A stretch of 64,000 bases of DNA from Bacteroidales bacterium (lineage in GTDB: Bacteria > Bacteroidota > Bacteroidia > Bacteroidales > UBA3663), in the NCBI GenBank assembly GCA_045628985.1, contig JAZQQH010000132.1, forward strand, positions 8 through 64,007, in the 5' to 3' direction. Shown here one piece after another: positions 9,592-20,719 of the stretch (within the stretch, counting starts at the first letter, position 1; each line of letters starts with the position of its first letter). The notes beneath the pieces were generated by a model. That model worked only from the letters and a program-made list of their open reading frames with translations. It was not told where the DNA came from and ran no database searches. The position numbers were made by a program, and so were the translations under genes.

Positions 9592-10335
9592 TTAATCCTT
9601 TTGAGTTTGCAAGTATTTCTGCAGCAGGCTGGTCATTGAGCTGCACTCTGGCGTAGGACCTGCAATATCGACACGCAATCCGTGATCTTCAGCTGCTTTG
9701 CGGGTACTTGGACCAAAGAGTCCGATAATCTGTTCGCCTTGCTGATACTCTGGAGAGTTCTCGAACAAAGACTGGATGCCGACGGGGGTGAAGAAGACCA
9801 GCATATCGTATGATGCAATCTCTTCAGGAGTAAACTCGGTGCTCACGGTGCGGAACATCACTGCGGTAGTTACCTGAACTTTTGCCTTGGTGAAGCAGGT
9901 CAGATCCTCTTTGTGAACATCGGCCACTGGCATGAGGAACTTCTCGGAGTTATGTTTCTTCATGACCAACGCCAGATCTTCAATCTTGCCAATCTTGCTG
10001 AAGTGAACCTTGCGCTTGCGATAGACGATATAGTTCTGAAGATAGAGGGCAATGGTCTCTGACAAGCAGAAATACTGCATCTCTTCGTTGGGCTTGGCCC
10101 TGAGTTCTTCTGCCAGCTTGAAGAAGTGGTCGACAGCAGTACGTGAAGTGAAGACAATGGCAGTGAAGTTTGGAATAGTTATCTTCTGCGTGCGGAACTC
10201 CTTTGCGGAAAGGGACTCAACACGAATAAATGGCTTAAAGGTCAGTTCCACTCCGAACTTTTTCTGAATGTCAAAGTAAGGAGACTTCTCCGAAGAGGGA
10301 TAGGGTTGTGAAACCAATATATTTTTAATATCCAT
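9592..10335 (-). CDS. hemD: Uroporphyrinogen-III synthase-like protein
   Basis: IKNILVSQPYP..KSPYF, VFTSRTAVDHFF, Bacteroidetes HemD family; conserved synteny with rnpA. Confidence 0.85.
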   Translation of the reverse strand: MDIKNILVSQPYPSSEKSPYFDIQKKFGVELTFKPFIRVESLSAKEFRTQKITIPNFTAIVFTSRTAVDHFFKLAEELRAKPNEEMQYFCLSETIALYLQNYIVYRKRKVHFSKIGKIEDLALVMKKHNSEKFLMPVADVHKEDLTCFTKAKVQVTTAVMFRTVSTEFTPEEIASYDMLVFFTPVGIQSLFENSPEYQQGEQIIGLFGPSTRKAAEDHGLRVDIAGPTPECSSMTSLLQKYLQTQKD

Positions 10336-10353
10336 GATCTATTATTACGCTCG

Positions 10354-11079
10354 TCAAGTAGTGAGTCTGGCCCAAATTATCCATAATGGTGCAAATTCGA
10401 GCGTGCAAAGATACGCAATAATTATCAAAAATGAATCAAAACCCCTCAAAAAAATCTTAATTCCGTTGAAAATGAATAAAATTTGGGACAAAATGAAGAG
10501 CGTAGCAAGCAAAATAACGGTCGTCTCATGCGAAAAAGAACCAGACATTGTGCCAATAAAGATGAGTGTGGCAAGGGGCGACAGGACAATCAGAGACGCC
10601 ATGTAGGTGCGGTTCATGATGATCTGCTGGAACTTGGTGTTGAACAGGTAGCAGAACCAGTTGTAGCTGATAAACTGTAGCAGGATTACAATCACTGGGA
10701 GCAGCAGACATTGGCCAAGATGCATCCAGGTCTCAAGGTCCGGATTCCCAAGATGTAGGGCAGGAGAACTGTCGGTGATACAGTAGATGCTGAGGCAGGT
10801 GAAGAGGAAAAGCTGGAAAACCAGTATCGGTTTCAGCCAGGGATACACGATGGAAGACGCCTCGAAAGTGCGGGCGTTGCGTGTGTCTCCTAACCATGCC
10901 AGCTGCTGCATCAGCATACCATTAGGATGGCACGCCAGCAGGTTAATGGCAGCAAAGGCAATAATCAGAATAACGATGACCGCGTTGTTCTGCAGCTGTG
11001 GCAGGGCCCACGGCAGGTCGTCGCTAATCTGTATTGCCATGACTGGACTTTGTATGATATAGGATGGATTAATGATCAT
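10354..11079 (-). CDS. DUF4271-like membrane protein
   Basis: Multi-TM protein ending YLCTLEFAP; usual position upstream of hemD. Confidence 0.75.
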   Translation of the reverse strand: MIINPSYIIQSPVMAIQISDDLPWALPQLQNNAVIVILIIAFAAINLLACHPNGMLMQQLAWLGDTRNARTFEASSIVYPWLKPILVFQLFLFTCLSIYCITDSSPALHLGNPDLETWMHLGQCLLLPVIVILLQFISYNWFCYLFNTKFQQIIMNRTYMASLIVLSPLATLIFIGTMSGSFSHETTVILLATLFILSQILFIFNGIKIFLRGFDSFLIIIAYLCTLEFAPLWIIWARLTT

Positions 11080-12316
11080 TTTTTAGTAGTTGCAGTGTCA
11101 CTTGAAGTGGATAGTGATCTGAATAAAGAACGTCCTTGCGTACAGTCGCATTGAGCGCCTTGAAATGCTTGGAATGGAAGGCGTGATCGATGCGGAACCA
11201 GAACTTATGCTCGCGGAACGTGATGCCAGGGCCTCGGCCGGCTTCCTGCCACGAATCTTTAAGTCCGTGGCGTAGTGTGCGATAGCAATAGCTGACTGGA
11301 GTATCGTTCATATCGCCACAGATGATGAGTGGCATATCGCTCGGATGTGTCTCCTGCAAGAAGCGACTGATCAGGTTAGCCTCTTCTGCACGGCTTCTGA
11401 AGGCTCTGGCCAGCGAGCGCATCATGCCGGTTCGGATACGTTCGAGGCTGTCTTTCTCAAAATGTTCGATCATCTCATCATAGAGGATGCGATCTTTTGG
11501 CTGGATGCTGTTGGTGTGCAGATGCATGTTGATGAGGCCGATGCGCTGACCGTAGGCTTCCAGTTGATAGTACATCGCAGAGAAATACCCCGACTTGCGC
11601 TTGTCAATGCGAGTAGCTTTCTTGATTGGGAACTTGGAATAGAGCGCGATACCCATGGCCTTCTTTCCGGTATTCGGAGTGAAGTCATAATAGGGGTAGA
11701 GGTCCGAGAGGCGGCTTCGCAGTTCCTTTTCGGTGTGGCCATCCTTCGAAAGCGTGAAGGCGTATTCTTGCAGGCAGACGATGTCGGCTCCTGACTCGCG
11801 TATTACGTCAATGACATGGATCTTTTCCTTCATTTTCGAGAGGCGAGTCTGTCCCATGGCACAAGTATTATAGGAGAAGAGCCTGATGCTATCTGCTGGA
11901 ATCGCGGTGGTTATACCATCCTTGGTAATCTCGTTTGTCTCAGGTTTCGGAAGTCCGAAAATCTGTAAAGGACAGACGCGAGTGATTGGCTCGTAGGTCA
12001 GGCAAAGCGAGATAAGCAGGATAATCGAACACTTCCATTGACGCAGAATCAGCAAGATCAGGAGCCAGAGGAGTGCCAGGGAGAGTGTAAGGCCAAAGGC
12101 AATGCCAAGGAAAGACGGGTAGACCCAGGTCGAAGGACTGATAGAGTCGCTGTAGGCAGATAAGATCAGTAAGGCGCAAAGCAACAGTGTCAGCGCCATC
12201 ATGATAGACCAGTAAGTCCATTTGGTGATGCTGACGAGCAAAGACGAGACCTTGGCTTTGGCTTTGGTCTTGACTTTGGTTCGCTTGCTTGAATTATCTT
12301 TTTTCTGCGATTCCAT
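11069..12316 (-). CDS. Endonuclease/exonuclease/phosphatase (EEP) family membrane protein
   Basis: N-terminal TMs; DIVCLQE, ICGDMND, RIDH, SDHYP motifs; start placed at MESQKK. Confidence 0.9.
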   Translation of the reverse strand: MESQKKDNSSKRTKVKTKAKAKVSSLLVSITKWTYWSIMMALTLLLCALLILSAYSDSISPSTWVYPSFLGIAFGLTLSLALLWLLILLILRQWKCSIILLISLCLTYEPITRVCPLQIFGLPKPETNEITKDGITTAIPADSIRLFSYNTCAMGQTRLSKMKEKIHVIDVIRESGADIVCLQEYAFTLSKDGHTEKELRSRLSDLYPYYDFTPNTGKKAMGIALYSKFPIKKATRIDKRKSGYFSAMYYQLEAYGQRIGLINMHLHTNSIQPKDRILYDEMIEHFEKDSLERIRTGMMRSLARAFRSRAEEANLISRFLQETHPSDMPLIICGDMNDTPVSYCYRTLRHGLKDSWQEAGRGPGITFREHKFWFRIDHAFHSKHFKALNATVRKDVLYSDHYPLQVTLQLLKNDH

Positions 12317-12323
12317 TGTGAGA

Positions 12324-13232
12324 TTAGTTCTTTCTGCGCTTAGATGCATCAAAAAGCAGTTGCTTCTCCTCGGCGGTCAGTCCGTCGTAGCCATGCTTGC
12401 TGATCTTGTCGAGAATCTCATCAATACGAGCCTCATGCTGACGCTTGTCCGTATTATACTGCATGTCTTTCTGCTTGTCTGCACTGATTGGGTCTCTTCG
12501 ACCACCTGCTGTAGCTTTCATCTTGGGCTTGTTCCAATCCTTGATCCATTGAGCGATGGTCTGGCAACCCTCAGAGAACCAGACGGTAATGTCGGTACCC
12601 TGACGGAAAAAATAACCATAGACAAAGCCGAACAAGGCGCCACCAACGTGGCAGACTAATCCTCCTGTGTTGCCGGCAGGACCAGCAAAGAGAGTCAGCA
12701 AGAGAACAACTAATGCCACCCACTTCATACGAGTGGTGATGGTGCGGATGAAGAGGTTGAGTCCTACGAGCTGGTCTGGCTGCATGATGATGGCCGCCAG
12801 CATGGCGCAGACAGAGCCTGACGCTCCGACAATCCAGGTGTAGTGGCGGTCAAAGCGGAAATAAGGGAAGACATTATAGACCAGCAGGAAGAATAAACCT
12901 GCAAAGATGCCACCCATCAGGTAGAGCGACAAGAATTGCTTGCTGGTATGAAAGCGAAGGAAGATCGGCGCCAGCCACCAGAGCCAGAGCATGTTGAACA
13001 CGATGTGTAACACGTTCTGACCGATGTCGGCATGGCAGAACATGTAGGTCAGGATCGTCCAAGGCCGCATGGCCAGATCGCTCAGGTTGGCAGGGAGCGC
13101 CAGCACCTGCTGCCAGTCGTATCCGCTGAAGCAGAACAAGAGGCAGACCAGTCGCCAGAGCTGTGTCAATGCATAGACGGCGACGGTGATATATATGATT
13201 TTACCCTGGATAGGCAAGGACTTATAATTCAT
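12324..13232 (-). CDS. Rhomboid family intramembrane serine protease
   Basis: HIVFNMLWL, VGASG, CHVGG; C-terminal IDEILDKISKHGYDGLTAEEKQLLF (DUF6576-like). Confidence 0.92.
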   Translation of the reverse strand: MNYKSLPIQGKIIYITVAVYALTQLWRLVCLLFCFSGYDWQQVLALPANLSDLAMRPWTILTYMFCHADIGQNVLHIVFNMLWLWWLAPIFLRFHTSKQFLSLYLMGGIFAGLFFLLVYNVFPYFRFDRHYTWIVGASGSVCAMLAAIIMQPDQLVGLNLFIRTITTRMKWVALVVLLLTLFAGPAGNTGGLVCHVGGALFGFVYGYFFRQGTDITVWFSEGCQTIAQWIKDWNKPKMKATAGGRRDPISADKQKDMQYNTDKRQHEARIDEILDKISKHGYDGLTAEEKQLLFDASKRRKN

Positions 13233-13295
13233 AGAATTAATTACGAATTACGAATTACAAATTTCGAGGCTTCGAATTACAAATTACGAGCCGCT

Positions 13296-14012
13296 TTAGA
13301 AATTCATGCGACGGTCTTTTTTCCACATCATGATGAGGATGAAACCGAAGAGCATGCCACCGAGATGTGCAAAGTGAGCGACGTTATCGCCAGTCGTGCC
13401 AGCCACGCCAGACATCAGTTCGAAGATACCGTAACCGATGACCAGCCACTTGGCTTTCAGTGGCATAGGTGGGAAGAGAAGGAAGATGCGGGCGTTAGGG
13501 AACATCATGCCAAAGGCCAGAAGGATACCGAACACAGAACCTGATGCGCCGACCGTAACCAGTCGGTTCAAGATGCTTTGACCTTCGAGAATCAGCTGTC
13601 CATAAGTGAAGTCGGGATCTTGTAAATGAATCTCCGAGAGCCAGCTGTTGACAAATCCGAATCTCCAGGTGAGCTGCTGCACGATGGCTGCACCGACGCC
13701 ACATACCAGATAATAGATCAGGAATCGCTGAGGTCCCCACACCATCTCCAGCAGACGTCCGAACATGTAAAGCGAGAACATGTTGCAGAAGAGATGTGAG
13801 AAGTTAGCATGCATGAACATATAGGTCACAGCCTGCAGGATGTTATACTTGTCTGCGTCATAATAGTGAAGACCTAAATACGAAGACAAGTCGATCCCTT
13901 TTGTCTCCATCACCGCATCGGCCAACAGCAGAAGCACATTGATGATGATGAGGTTGGTGGTGACGGGTGTTGAGGGTTGCCCGCTATAGTTATTATTGCT
14001 AAAAAACGACAT
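13296..14012 (-). CDS. Rhomboid family intramembrane serine protease
   Basis: HLFCNMFSL, VGASGSVFG, AHFAHLGG. Confidence 0.93.
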   Translation of the reverse strand: MSFFSNNNYSGQPSTPVTTNLIIINVLLLLADAVMETKGIDLSSYLGLHYYDADKYNILQAVTYMFMHANFSHLFCNMFSLYMFGRLLEMVWGPQRFLIYYLVCGVGAAIVQQLTWRFGFVNSWLSEIHLQDPDFTYGQLILEGQSILNRLVTVGASGSVFGILLAFGMMFPNARIFLLFPPMPLKAKWLVIGYGIFELMSGVAGTTGDNVAHFAHLGGMLFGFILIMMWKKDRRMNF

Positions 14013-14147
14013 TTTTCTTAGTTTCAAAGAGTAAAATTAACTATAAATTTGGCGCAAAAATAGGTTTTATTTTGGAAAAACAAGCATGTCGCCCCCTCTT
14101 TTTACTCTTTTTAGAGCAATTTTATTGCTTTTTGCACAAAAAAGTAT

Positions 14148-14155
14148 TATATTTG
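14148..14155 (+). promoter_or_regulatory. sigmaA -7 element for the ftsX operon; a divergent element for the rhomboid operon lies at 14055-14062
   Basis: TATATTTG with an upstream TTTG; TATTTTTG on the minus strand at 14055-14062. Confidence 0.55.
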
Positions 14156-14215
14156 CAGCGAATTTGGGGAGTTTCGCCTCTTTAGAATCAAGTATTTGAA
14201 GCAAAAAAGTTGTCA

Positions 14216-15085
14216 ATGAAAAGGTATTTCGGCGCAAAGTTTACGACCACTGTCAGTATCACCCTCGTGCTTTTTGTCATGGGACTGATGACCATGGGTG
14301 GCTTGGTGGCAGCACGTATGGCCCAGGCTTTGCGAGAGCAGTTTACCATCACGATGACAATCAGCGATGGCGCGAAGGAAGGCTATGGTGCCAAGATGGT
14401 TCGCGACCTGAAAAAGACCAAGTATGCTGCTGATGCTGTCTATGTAAGTCCGGACAGTGCACTCAAGGTGCTGCAGGCTGAACTTGGAGAGAACCCAGCG
14501 GAGTTTCTTGGCTATAATCCATTGCCTGCTACCGTAGAGTTGAAGCTGAAGTCGGAGTATGCTGAGACCGATAGCATCGCTCAGATTGTCAAGCAGCTCA
14601 AGCAGGTGCATAAGCGCAATGTGACTGCCATCGAATACAATAGCACTTTGCTCGAATCGGTCAATGCGAATCTCCGTCGTTATGCCATCGCGCTGACCAT
14701 TCTGGCAGCGGCCTTGCTACTTATCAGTATCTCGTTGATCGGCTTTACTGTCCGATTGGCCTTGCATGCAGATCGTTTTCTTATCAATACGATGCGCCTT
14801 GTCGGTGCAACCTCATGGTTTATCCGCAAGCCATTCATCCGTACTCATGTTATCTGTGGCCTGATAGCGTCGTTCGTGGCCTTGCTGGCTCTTGGAGGTC
14901 TGATCTATGGCGGTATGACCCAAGGTTTTGCCAGCGTGGTTTCGGATTGTCTGCTTCATCCGGTGCCATTGTGTATCTTAGTAGGTACGGTCGTGGCCTT
15001 GGGTATCCTGATACCTGCCATTGCTGCATGGTACTCTGCTGGTCATTATCTGAGACGATCTGTCGACGAGCTTTACTTGATGTAA
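14216..15085 (+). CDS. ftsX: Cell division permease-like protein FtsX
   Basis: TTTVSITLVLF, LGYNPL, RFLINTMRLVGATSWFIRKPF. Confidence 0.92.
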   Translation: MKRYFGAKFTTTVSITLVLFVMGLMTMGGLVAARMAQALREQFTITMTISDGAKEGYGAKMVRDLKKTKYAADAVYVSPDSALKVLQAELGENPAEFLGYNPLPATVELKLKSEYAETDSIAQIVKQLKQVHKRNVTAIEYNSTLLESVNANLRRYAIALTILAAALLLISISLIGFTVRLALHADRFLINTMRLVGATSWFIRKPFIRTHVICGLIASFVALLALGGLIYGGMTQGFASVVSDCLLHPVPLCILVGTVVALGILIPAIAAWYSAGHYLRRSVDELYLM

Positions 15086-15131
15086 TCATCGTCTTTCCCC
15101 AATTAGTTGTGTAATTTTTAAATCGCTTGTT

Positions 15132-15359
15132 ATGCGTCTTTGTTTAGGTAAACTCAATTTTATCATCATGGGCATTTCGGCCCTGCTTATCCTCGTAGGC
15201 TTTGTCATGACGGCAGGTCCTGCCAGCACTCCAGAGCATTTCAATCCGGAAGTTTTCAGCGATACAAGAGTTGTCTATGGTCCTAATGTCTGCTTCTTTG
15301 GCTATCTGCTGATGATTGTCGGCATCTGTGTCAAAGGCAAGAAGGAGAAAGAGTTGTAA
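15132..15359 (+). CDS. DUF3098-like small membrane protein
   Basis: Two TMs with FNPEVFS..R; conserved position between ftsX and uppP. Confidence 0.8.
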   Translation: MRLCLGKLNFIIMGISALLILVGFVMTAGPASTPEHFNPEVFSDTRVVYGPNVCFFGYLLMIVGICVKGKKEKEL

Positions 15360-15395
15360 TCAGTAATTTGTAATTCGTAATTTGATTTATCACAG

Positions 15396-16235
15396 ATGGA
15401 TTGGTTACAAGCATTGATCCTTGGCCTCGTTCAGGGACTCACAGAATATCTTCCTGTCTCATCGAGCGGACATCTTGAGATCGGCAAGGCCCTTTTGGGA
15501 GAAGGCGCTGAGGCCGGAGGACTTACCTTCGATATTGTTGTGCATGTCGCTACCGTGTTAGCTACTTTGGTCATTCTTTGGAAGGAGGTGGTCTGGATCT
15601 TCAAAGGTCTGTTCCGTCCTCTCGGACCTGGTTGCGCGCTCAACGACGAGCAGAAATATACGCTCAATATCCTGATTTCGATGATTCCTGTCGGAGTCGT
15701 CGGCCTTTGCTTCAAGGATACGATCGAGAGTCTTTATGCCGATGAGCAGGTCAAGCTGATGGTCGTAGGTGGCTGTTTGCTGGTTACTGCAGCGTTGTTG
15801 GCACTGACTCATTTCTATAAGCCACAGCCACGAGAGCAAATCTCTCCAGTGCAAGCTTTCATCATCGGTATCTCGCAGGCGCTGGCTGTATTGCCAGGCT
15901 TGTCACGTTCTGGTTCGACCATTGCTACTGGTCTTTTGCTCGGCAACAGTCGTCAGTCGCTGGCTCAGTTCTCGTTCCTGATGGTGATTCCTCCTATCTT
16001 GGGAGAGGCCTTGCTCGATTTCAAACACATCGTAGCTCCATCAGCTGAGTATTTGGCAGAACATGGCATTGACGAACCGATCGGCACTTTGCCTCTGATT
16101 GTTGGCTTTGTTGCTGCATTCGTCAGCGGATGTCTGGCTTGTAAGTGGATGATTGCGCTGGTGAAGAAGTGCAAGCTGATCTATTTTGCTATCTACTGTG
16201 CACTGGCCGGCCTCTTCACATTGTTCTTCCTCTAA
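15396..16235 (+). CDS. uppP: Undecaprenyl-diphosphate phosphatase
   Basis: [25 protein letters not shown]. Confidence 0.96.
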   Translation: MDWLQALILGLVQGLTEYLPVSSSGHLEIGKALLGEGAEAGGLTFDIVVHVATVLATLVILWKEVVWIFKGLFRPLGPGCALNDEQKYTLNILISMIPVGVVGLCFKDTIESLYADEQVKLMVVGGCLLVTAALLALTHFYKPQPREQISPVQAFIIGISQALAVLPGLSRSGSTIATGLLLGNSRQSLAQFSFLMVIPPILGEALLDFKHIVAPSAEYLAEHGIDEPIGTLPLIVGFVAAFVSGCLACKWMIALVKKCKLIYFAIYCALAGLFTLFFL

Positions 16236-16274
16236 GAGAAGAGGTAATTCGTAATTTGTAATTCGTAATTTTTC

Positions 16275-17231
16275 TTGAAACAATACGATTTTATTGAGGG
16301 CGAGATCCTCGCCTTCGACAAACCGCTTACTTGGACTTCGTTCAATCTGGTGAAGGTCGTCCGCAACAATCTCAGCCGCCGTCTGGGGATCAAGAAACTC
16401 AAGGTGGGTCATGCTGGCACCCTCGACCCTCTGGCCAGTGGTGTGATGATCATCTGTACGGGCAAGGCGACCAAGCAGATTGATCAGTTGCAGGCAGGAA
16501 CCAAGGAGTACATCGCTACGCTCAGATTAGGTTGCACGACTCCTTCATTCGATGCTGAGCATCCAGTCGATGCGACTTTCCCGACCAGCCACATTACCCG
16601 TGAGGCGGTGATGGAGGCGCTTGAGAAGTTCAAAGGAAGCATCTGGCAGGTCCCTCCTGTCTATTCTGCTTGTAAGGTAGAAGGCCGACGCGCCTTCGAC
16701 TATGTTCGTCAGGGCGAAGAAGTAGAGCTCAAGGCCAAGGAACTGGTCATCGACGAGATTGAGCTTCTCGACCTGCATCTGCCAGAACAAGGAATCATCT
16801 CACCGAAGGCCGAAAATGTTCTTTCAACAGTCCGTGAGGGTGTGGATATCAAGGAGTATGGACGCAGGAAACAAAGTATAGAGGACTTGGGTCTTGTTCC
16901 TTTCGGAAAGCAAGAGAACTCGGATAAAAAAGAGGTTTCCGCTGAGGTTGAGGCTCTAGCACCAGAGGTCAGCGAGGAAACAACTCCTCACTCCTCACTC
17001 CTCATTCCTCACTCCTCATTCCTTACCATCCGCGTTGTCTGTAGCAAGGGTACTTATATCCGCGCTCTGGCTCGCGACATTGGCCAGGCTTTGCAGAGCG
17101 GAGCTTACCTGATCAGCCTGCGTCGCACTCGTGTCGGTGATTTCCGAGTAGACCAGTGTCTTCAGGTCAAGGACGTCGAGAAGTGGGCTCTCGAAGTGCC
17201 GGTCGTTGACCATAATAATGATAATTTATAA
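16275..17231 (+). CDS. truB: tRNA pseudouridine(55) synthase with an internal insertion
   Basis: [31 protein letters not shown] start; roughly 70 extra aa before the SKGTYIR motif. Confidence 0.95.
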   Translation: MKQYDFIEGEILAFDKPLTWTSFNLVKVVRNNLSRRLGIKKLKVGHAGTLDPLASGVMIICTGKATKQIDQLQAGTKEYIATLRLGCTTPSFDAEHPVDATFPTSHITREAVMEALEKFKGSIWQVPPVYSACKVEGRRAFDYVRQGEEVELKAKELVIDEIELLDLHLPEQGIISPKAENVLSTVREGVDIKEYGRRKQSIEDLGLVPFGKQENSDKKEVSAEVEALAPEVSEETTPHSSLLIPHSSFLTIRVVCSKGTYIRALARDIGQALQSGAYLISLRRTRVGDFRVDQCLQVKDVEKWALEVPVVDHNNDNL

Positions 17232-17248
17232 TCCAAAAATATAGATTC

Positions 17249-18337
17249 GTGAAGTTATCTCAGTTTAAGTTCAAACTCCCAGAAGAGCGCATCGCACTTG
17301 TTCCGAGTGAAAATCGTGATGAGTGCCGAATGATGGTTCTCCATAAGAAGAGTCATACCATCGAACATAAGACCTTCCGTGATTTCATTGACTATTTCGA
17401 TGAGAAGGACCTTGTTTTGTTCAACGATACCAAGATTTTCCCTGCACGCCTCTATGGCAATAAGGAAAAGACCGGAGCTCGTATCGAGGTTTTCCTCTTG
17501 CGCGAGCTCAATCCGGACATCCGTTTCTGGGATGTTCTGGTCGATCCTGCTCGTAAGATCCGTATCGGCAACAAGCTTTATTTCGGTGAGGATGAGAGTC
17601 TGGTAGCAGAGGTGATTGATAATACCACTTCTCGCGGCCGTACACTCCGTTTCCTTTTCGATGGCACGCATGACGAGTTTATCGAGACGCTTTACGGTTA
17701 TGGCGAGACCCCAATCCCACCATCATTGAAGCAGCGTCGTGACGTCATTGACACTCCTGTCGACGAAGATCATCCGTTCACTGACCGAGAGCGCTATCAG
17801 ACCATCTTTGCCAAGAACGAAGGTGGCGTTGTGGCTCCTCAAGCCGCGCTGCACTTCAGTCGCGAGCTGTTGAAGCGTATGGAAATCAAGGGCGTAGACT
17901 TCGACTTCATCACCGTGCATAGCAACCAAGGTAACTTCCGCGAGATTGACGTAGAGGACCTTACCAAGCATAAGATGGACTCAGAGCAGATCATTATCAG
18001 CGAGGATCTGGCAGAGCGTGTCAATGCCACCAAGGATGCTGGTCACCATGTCTGCGCCGTCGATACCTCGGTCATGCGCGCCATCGAGTCTTGCGTCAGC
18101 ACCACTGGCCACCTGAAGCCTTATAATGGTTGGACCAATAAGTTCATCTTCCCTCCATACGACTTCTCGATCGCCGACTGCATGGTAGCAAACTTCTACA
18201 TGCCATACTCGACCCTCCTGATGCTCACCGCTTCATTTGCCGGTTATGACTTCATGATGGAGGCTTATAAATTGGCTATCAAGGAAGGCTATAAGTTCGG
18301 AACTTATGGTGATGCGATGCTGATTCTGCCAGATTAA
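17249..18337 (+). CDS. queA: S-adenosylmethionine:tRNA ribosyltransferase-isomerase
   Basis: [43 protein letters not shown] start. Confidence 0.9.
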   Translation: MKLSQFKFKLPEERIALVPSENRDECRMMVLHKKSHTIEHKTFRDFIDYFDEKDLVLFNDTKIFPARLYGNKEKTGARIEVFLLRELNPDIRFWDVLVDPARKIRIGNKLYFGEDESLVAEVIDNTTSRGRTLRFLFDGTHDEFIETLYGYGETPIPPSLKQRRDVIDTPVDEDHPFTDRERYQTIFAKNEGGVVAPQAALHFSRELLKRMEIKGVDFDFITVHSNQGNFREIDVEDLTKHKMDSEQIIISEDLAERVNATKDAGHHVCAVDTSVMRAIESCVSTTGHLKPYNGWTNKFIFPPYDFSIADCMVANFYMPYSTLLMLTASFAGYDFMMEAYKLAIKEGYKFGTYGDAMLILPD

Positions 18338-18372
18338 AAATGTAGAATTTAAAATGTAAAATGTAGAATTAA

Positions 18373-18810
18373 ATGTTACATCTTACATTTATCGCGCTCG
18401 GTTCAAACTTAGGCGATGGACCAGCCTTGCTCGATGAGGCGATTGTCCGCATCGGCCAGCAGATAGGAGAGGTGCTATGTGTCTCGTCCTACATGCAGAG
18501 CGAGCCGTGGGGTTTTGAGAGCAAGCATATCTTTACCAATGCGGTTTGCGCTGTACGTACAGAGCTTGAGCCTTTGCCTCTGCTCGACGCGACTCAGCAG
18601 ATTGAGCGTCAGATGGGACGTAAGCATAAGCATCGACCAGGAGAGTCCTATACTGATCGCGAGATAGATCTGGACATTCTCCTCTACGATGACCTCAATT
18701 ATCAGGATGAGCGACTGACCTTGCCACACCCTCACATCGCAGAGCGCGACTTTGTCAGGATTCCGCTTCAAGAATGTATTGACATTATTTATAATAGCAA
18801 TGAAAACTAG
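18373..18810 (+). CDS. folK: 2-amino-4-hydroxy-6-hydroxymethyldihydropteridine diphosphokinase
   Basis: ALGSNLG, DREIDLDILLY, LPHPHIAERDFV. Confidence 0.95.
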   Translation: MLHLTFIALGSNLGDGPALLDEAIVRIGQQIGEVLCVSSYMQSEPWGFESKHIFTNAVCAVRTELEPLPLLDATQQIERQMGRKHKHRPGESYTDREIDLDILLYDDLNYQDERLTLPHPHIAERDFVRIPLQECIDIIYNSNEN

Positions 18811-20596
18811 TTTTCTGAAAATGGTTCTTGCCGTCATTGTCGGCACCATCATAGTAAGCATCATCAGCACCATGTTTACTACTTGCGTATTTATAGGTAT
18901 GGTTGCTGCTGCATCGACAGAAGAGACGACCACGAGCACCAAGCCAGGCGACGTCATGCTCCTGAAGATCAACAATGAGGTCACCGAGGTGCCTGCTGCT
19001 ATGCCATTCTACATCGATGCTGTTGGCAATTTCAGCATGGAGTCAGGTCTCAGCCTTCGTGGCTATCTCAATGCCATCGAGAGCGCTAAGCAGGATCCTA
19101 ATATCACCGGCATCTATCTCAATACCGATGGCATGGCCGGAGCTCCTGCCACTTACGAGGCTCTGCGCAATGCACTGGCAGACTTCAAGCAGGCTGGCAA
19201 ATGGATCATCTCATACAATGACAGCTATTCCACCGGCCAGTATTATGTAGCTTCTGTGGCAGATTCTGTCTACGTCAATACCATCGGCGGCATGAGCTTC
19301 GACGGTATGAGCAGCCTGCTGACTTATCCTAAGAACCTCCTTGACAAGCTCGGCATCGAGATGCAGATCTTCCGTGTCGGTACTTTCAAGAGTGCAGTAG
19401 AGCCTTATATGGTCGATCATATCAGCGAGGCCAACTACCTCCAGACACAGACTTACCTCAAGAATATCTGGGATGTGATGGTCAGCGAAATCGCTGCTTC
19501 GCGCAATATGACTGTTGAGGCGCTTGATTCTTTGGCCAACCAGGCCGTCAGCTACATGATCCCTGAGGAAATTGCCGCCACAGGCCTCGTCGATGGCATG
19601 CTTTATAAGACCGACGTTGAAAAGGTCATCCTTAGCAAGATCGGACAGGAGAAGCTCGACGGACATCTCGTTTCTGCCAAGTCGATGGCTGCCAATGCTG
19701 CTAAGCTTCAGCCAATGGCTTCAGACAAGGTGGCTGTCCTCTATGCCAGCGGTGAGATTGCCACTGAGGCTGATGGCTCGAGTGATGGTATTTATTATAA
19801 TTCCTTTATCAAGAATATTCGTGCCATCGCTGCAGATAACAACATCAAGGCGGTTGTCCTTCGTGTCAATAGTCCTGGTGGAAGTGCTTTTGCCAGCGAG
19901 CAGATCTGGAAAGCGCTTGAGGATCTCAAGGCTGTTAAACCTCTCGTAGTCAGCATGGGTGACTATGCTGCTTCTGGTGGTTATTACATCAGCTGCAATG
20001 CCAACTATATCGTGGCAGAACCAACCACACTTACTGGTTCTATCGGTGTATTCGGTGTCATTCCTAACCTGAGTGGCCTGGTTTCAGACAAGCTCGGTGT
20101 CAACTTCGAGGAGGTTAAGACTCATCAGTTCGGTACCCTTCACTCCATGCGCGCTGCTACCGACGAGGAGAAGGTTAAGGTTCAGCGTGGCGTTGAGTTC
20201 ACCTACGATCTCTTCACCAAGCGTTGCGCTGAAGGTCGCGGCATGGAGCAAGATAGCATTAAGGCTATTGCCGGTGGCCGTGTATGGACGGGTAGCGATG
20301 CTATCAATCTCGGCTTGGTCGATGAGTTAGGTGGCTTGAACGAAGCTGTTGCCAAGGCTGCAGAACTTGCTGGCTTGACCTCAGGCAATTATGTCCGCGC
20401 CGTCTATCCTTTCGAGAAGTCGAAGATGGAGATCATGATGGAGCTCTTTGGCGAGAAGGCTGAGGATCTTTCCCTCCGCATTGTCGACATCGCTCTTGGC
20501 ACCACGCCTGCTGATCGTGAGGCTCTGAAGTTCATCAAGTCTATCCAGGACGCTGACCACATCCAGGCGCGATCGTTCGAAGCGGTTCGCTTCTAA
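18800..20596 (+). CDS. sppA: Signal peptide peptidase SppA (long type)
   Basis: RVGTFKSAVEPY, LRVNSPGGS, SMGDYAASGGYY, TGSIGVFG; start at the ATG at 18800. Confidence 0.95.
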   Translation: MKTSFLKMVLAVIVGTIIVSIISTMFTTCVFIGMVAAASTEETTTSTKPGDVMLLKINNEVTEVPAAMPFYIDAVGNFSMESGLSLRGYLNAIESAKQDPNITGIYLNTDGMAGAPATYEALRNALADFKQAGKWIISYNDSYSTGQYYVASVADSVYVNTIGGMSFDGMSSLLTYPKNLLDKLGIEMQIFRVGTFKSAVEPYMVDHISEANYLQTQTYLKNIWDVMVSEIAASRNMTVEALDSLANQAVSYMIPEEIAATGLVDGMLYKTDVEKVILSKIGQEKLDGHLVSAKSMAANAAKLQPMASDKVAVLYASGEIATEADGSSDGIYYNSFIKNIRAIAADNNIKAVVLRVNSPGGSAFASEQIWKALEDLKAVKPLVVSMGDYAASGGYYISCNANYIVAEPTTLTGSIGVFGVIPNLSGLVSDKLGVNFEEVKTHQFGTLHSMRAATDEEKVKVQRGVEFTYDLFTKRCAEGRGMEQDSIKAIAGGRVWTGSDAINLGLVDELGGLNEAVAKAAELAGLTSGNYVRAVYPFEKSKMEIMMELFGEKAEDLSLRIVDIALGTTPADREALKFIKSIQDADHIQARSFEAVRF

Positions 20597-20609
20597 CGTT
20601 CGCACCTGG

Positions 20610-20714
20610 AAATTACAAATTACGAATTACAAATTACTTTTCCCCTGCTGTCGTAATTAGTAATTCGTAATTTTGCCCGCAGTCCCGTAATTTGTAATTA
20701 GTAATTAGTAATTA
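20610..20714. repeat. Inverted heptamer tandem repeats (AATTACR / GTAATTH)
   Basis: aattaca-aattacg-aattaca-aattac followed by two blocks of gtaatt(a/c/t). Confidence 0.85.
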
Positions 20715-20719
20715 AAATA

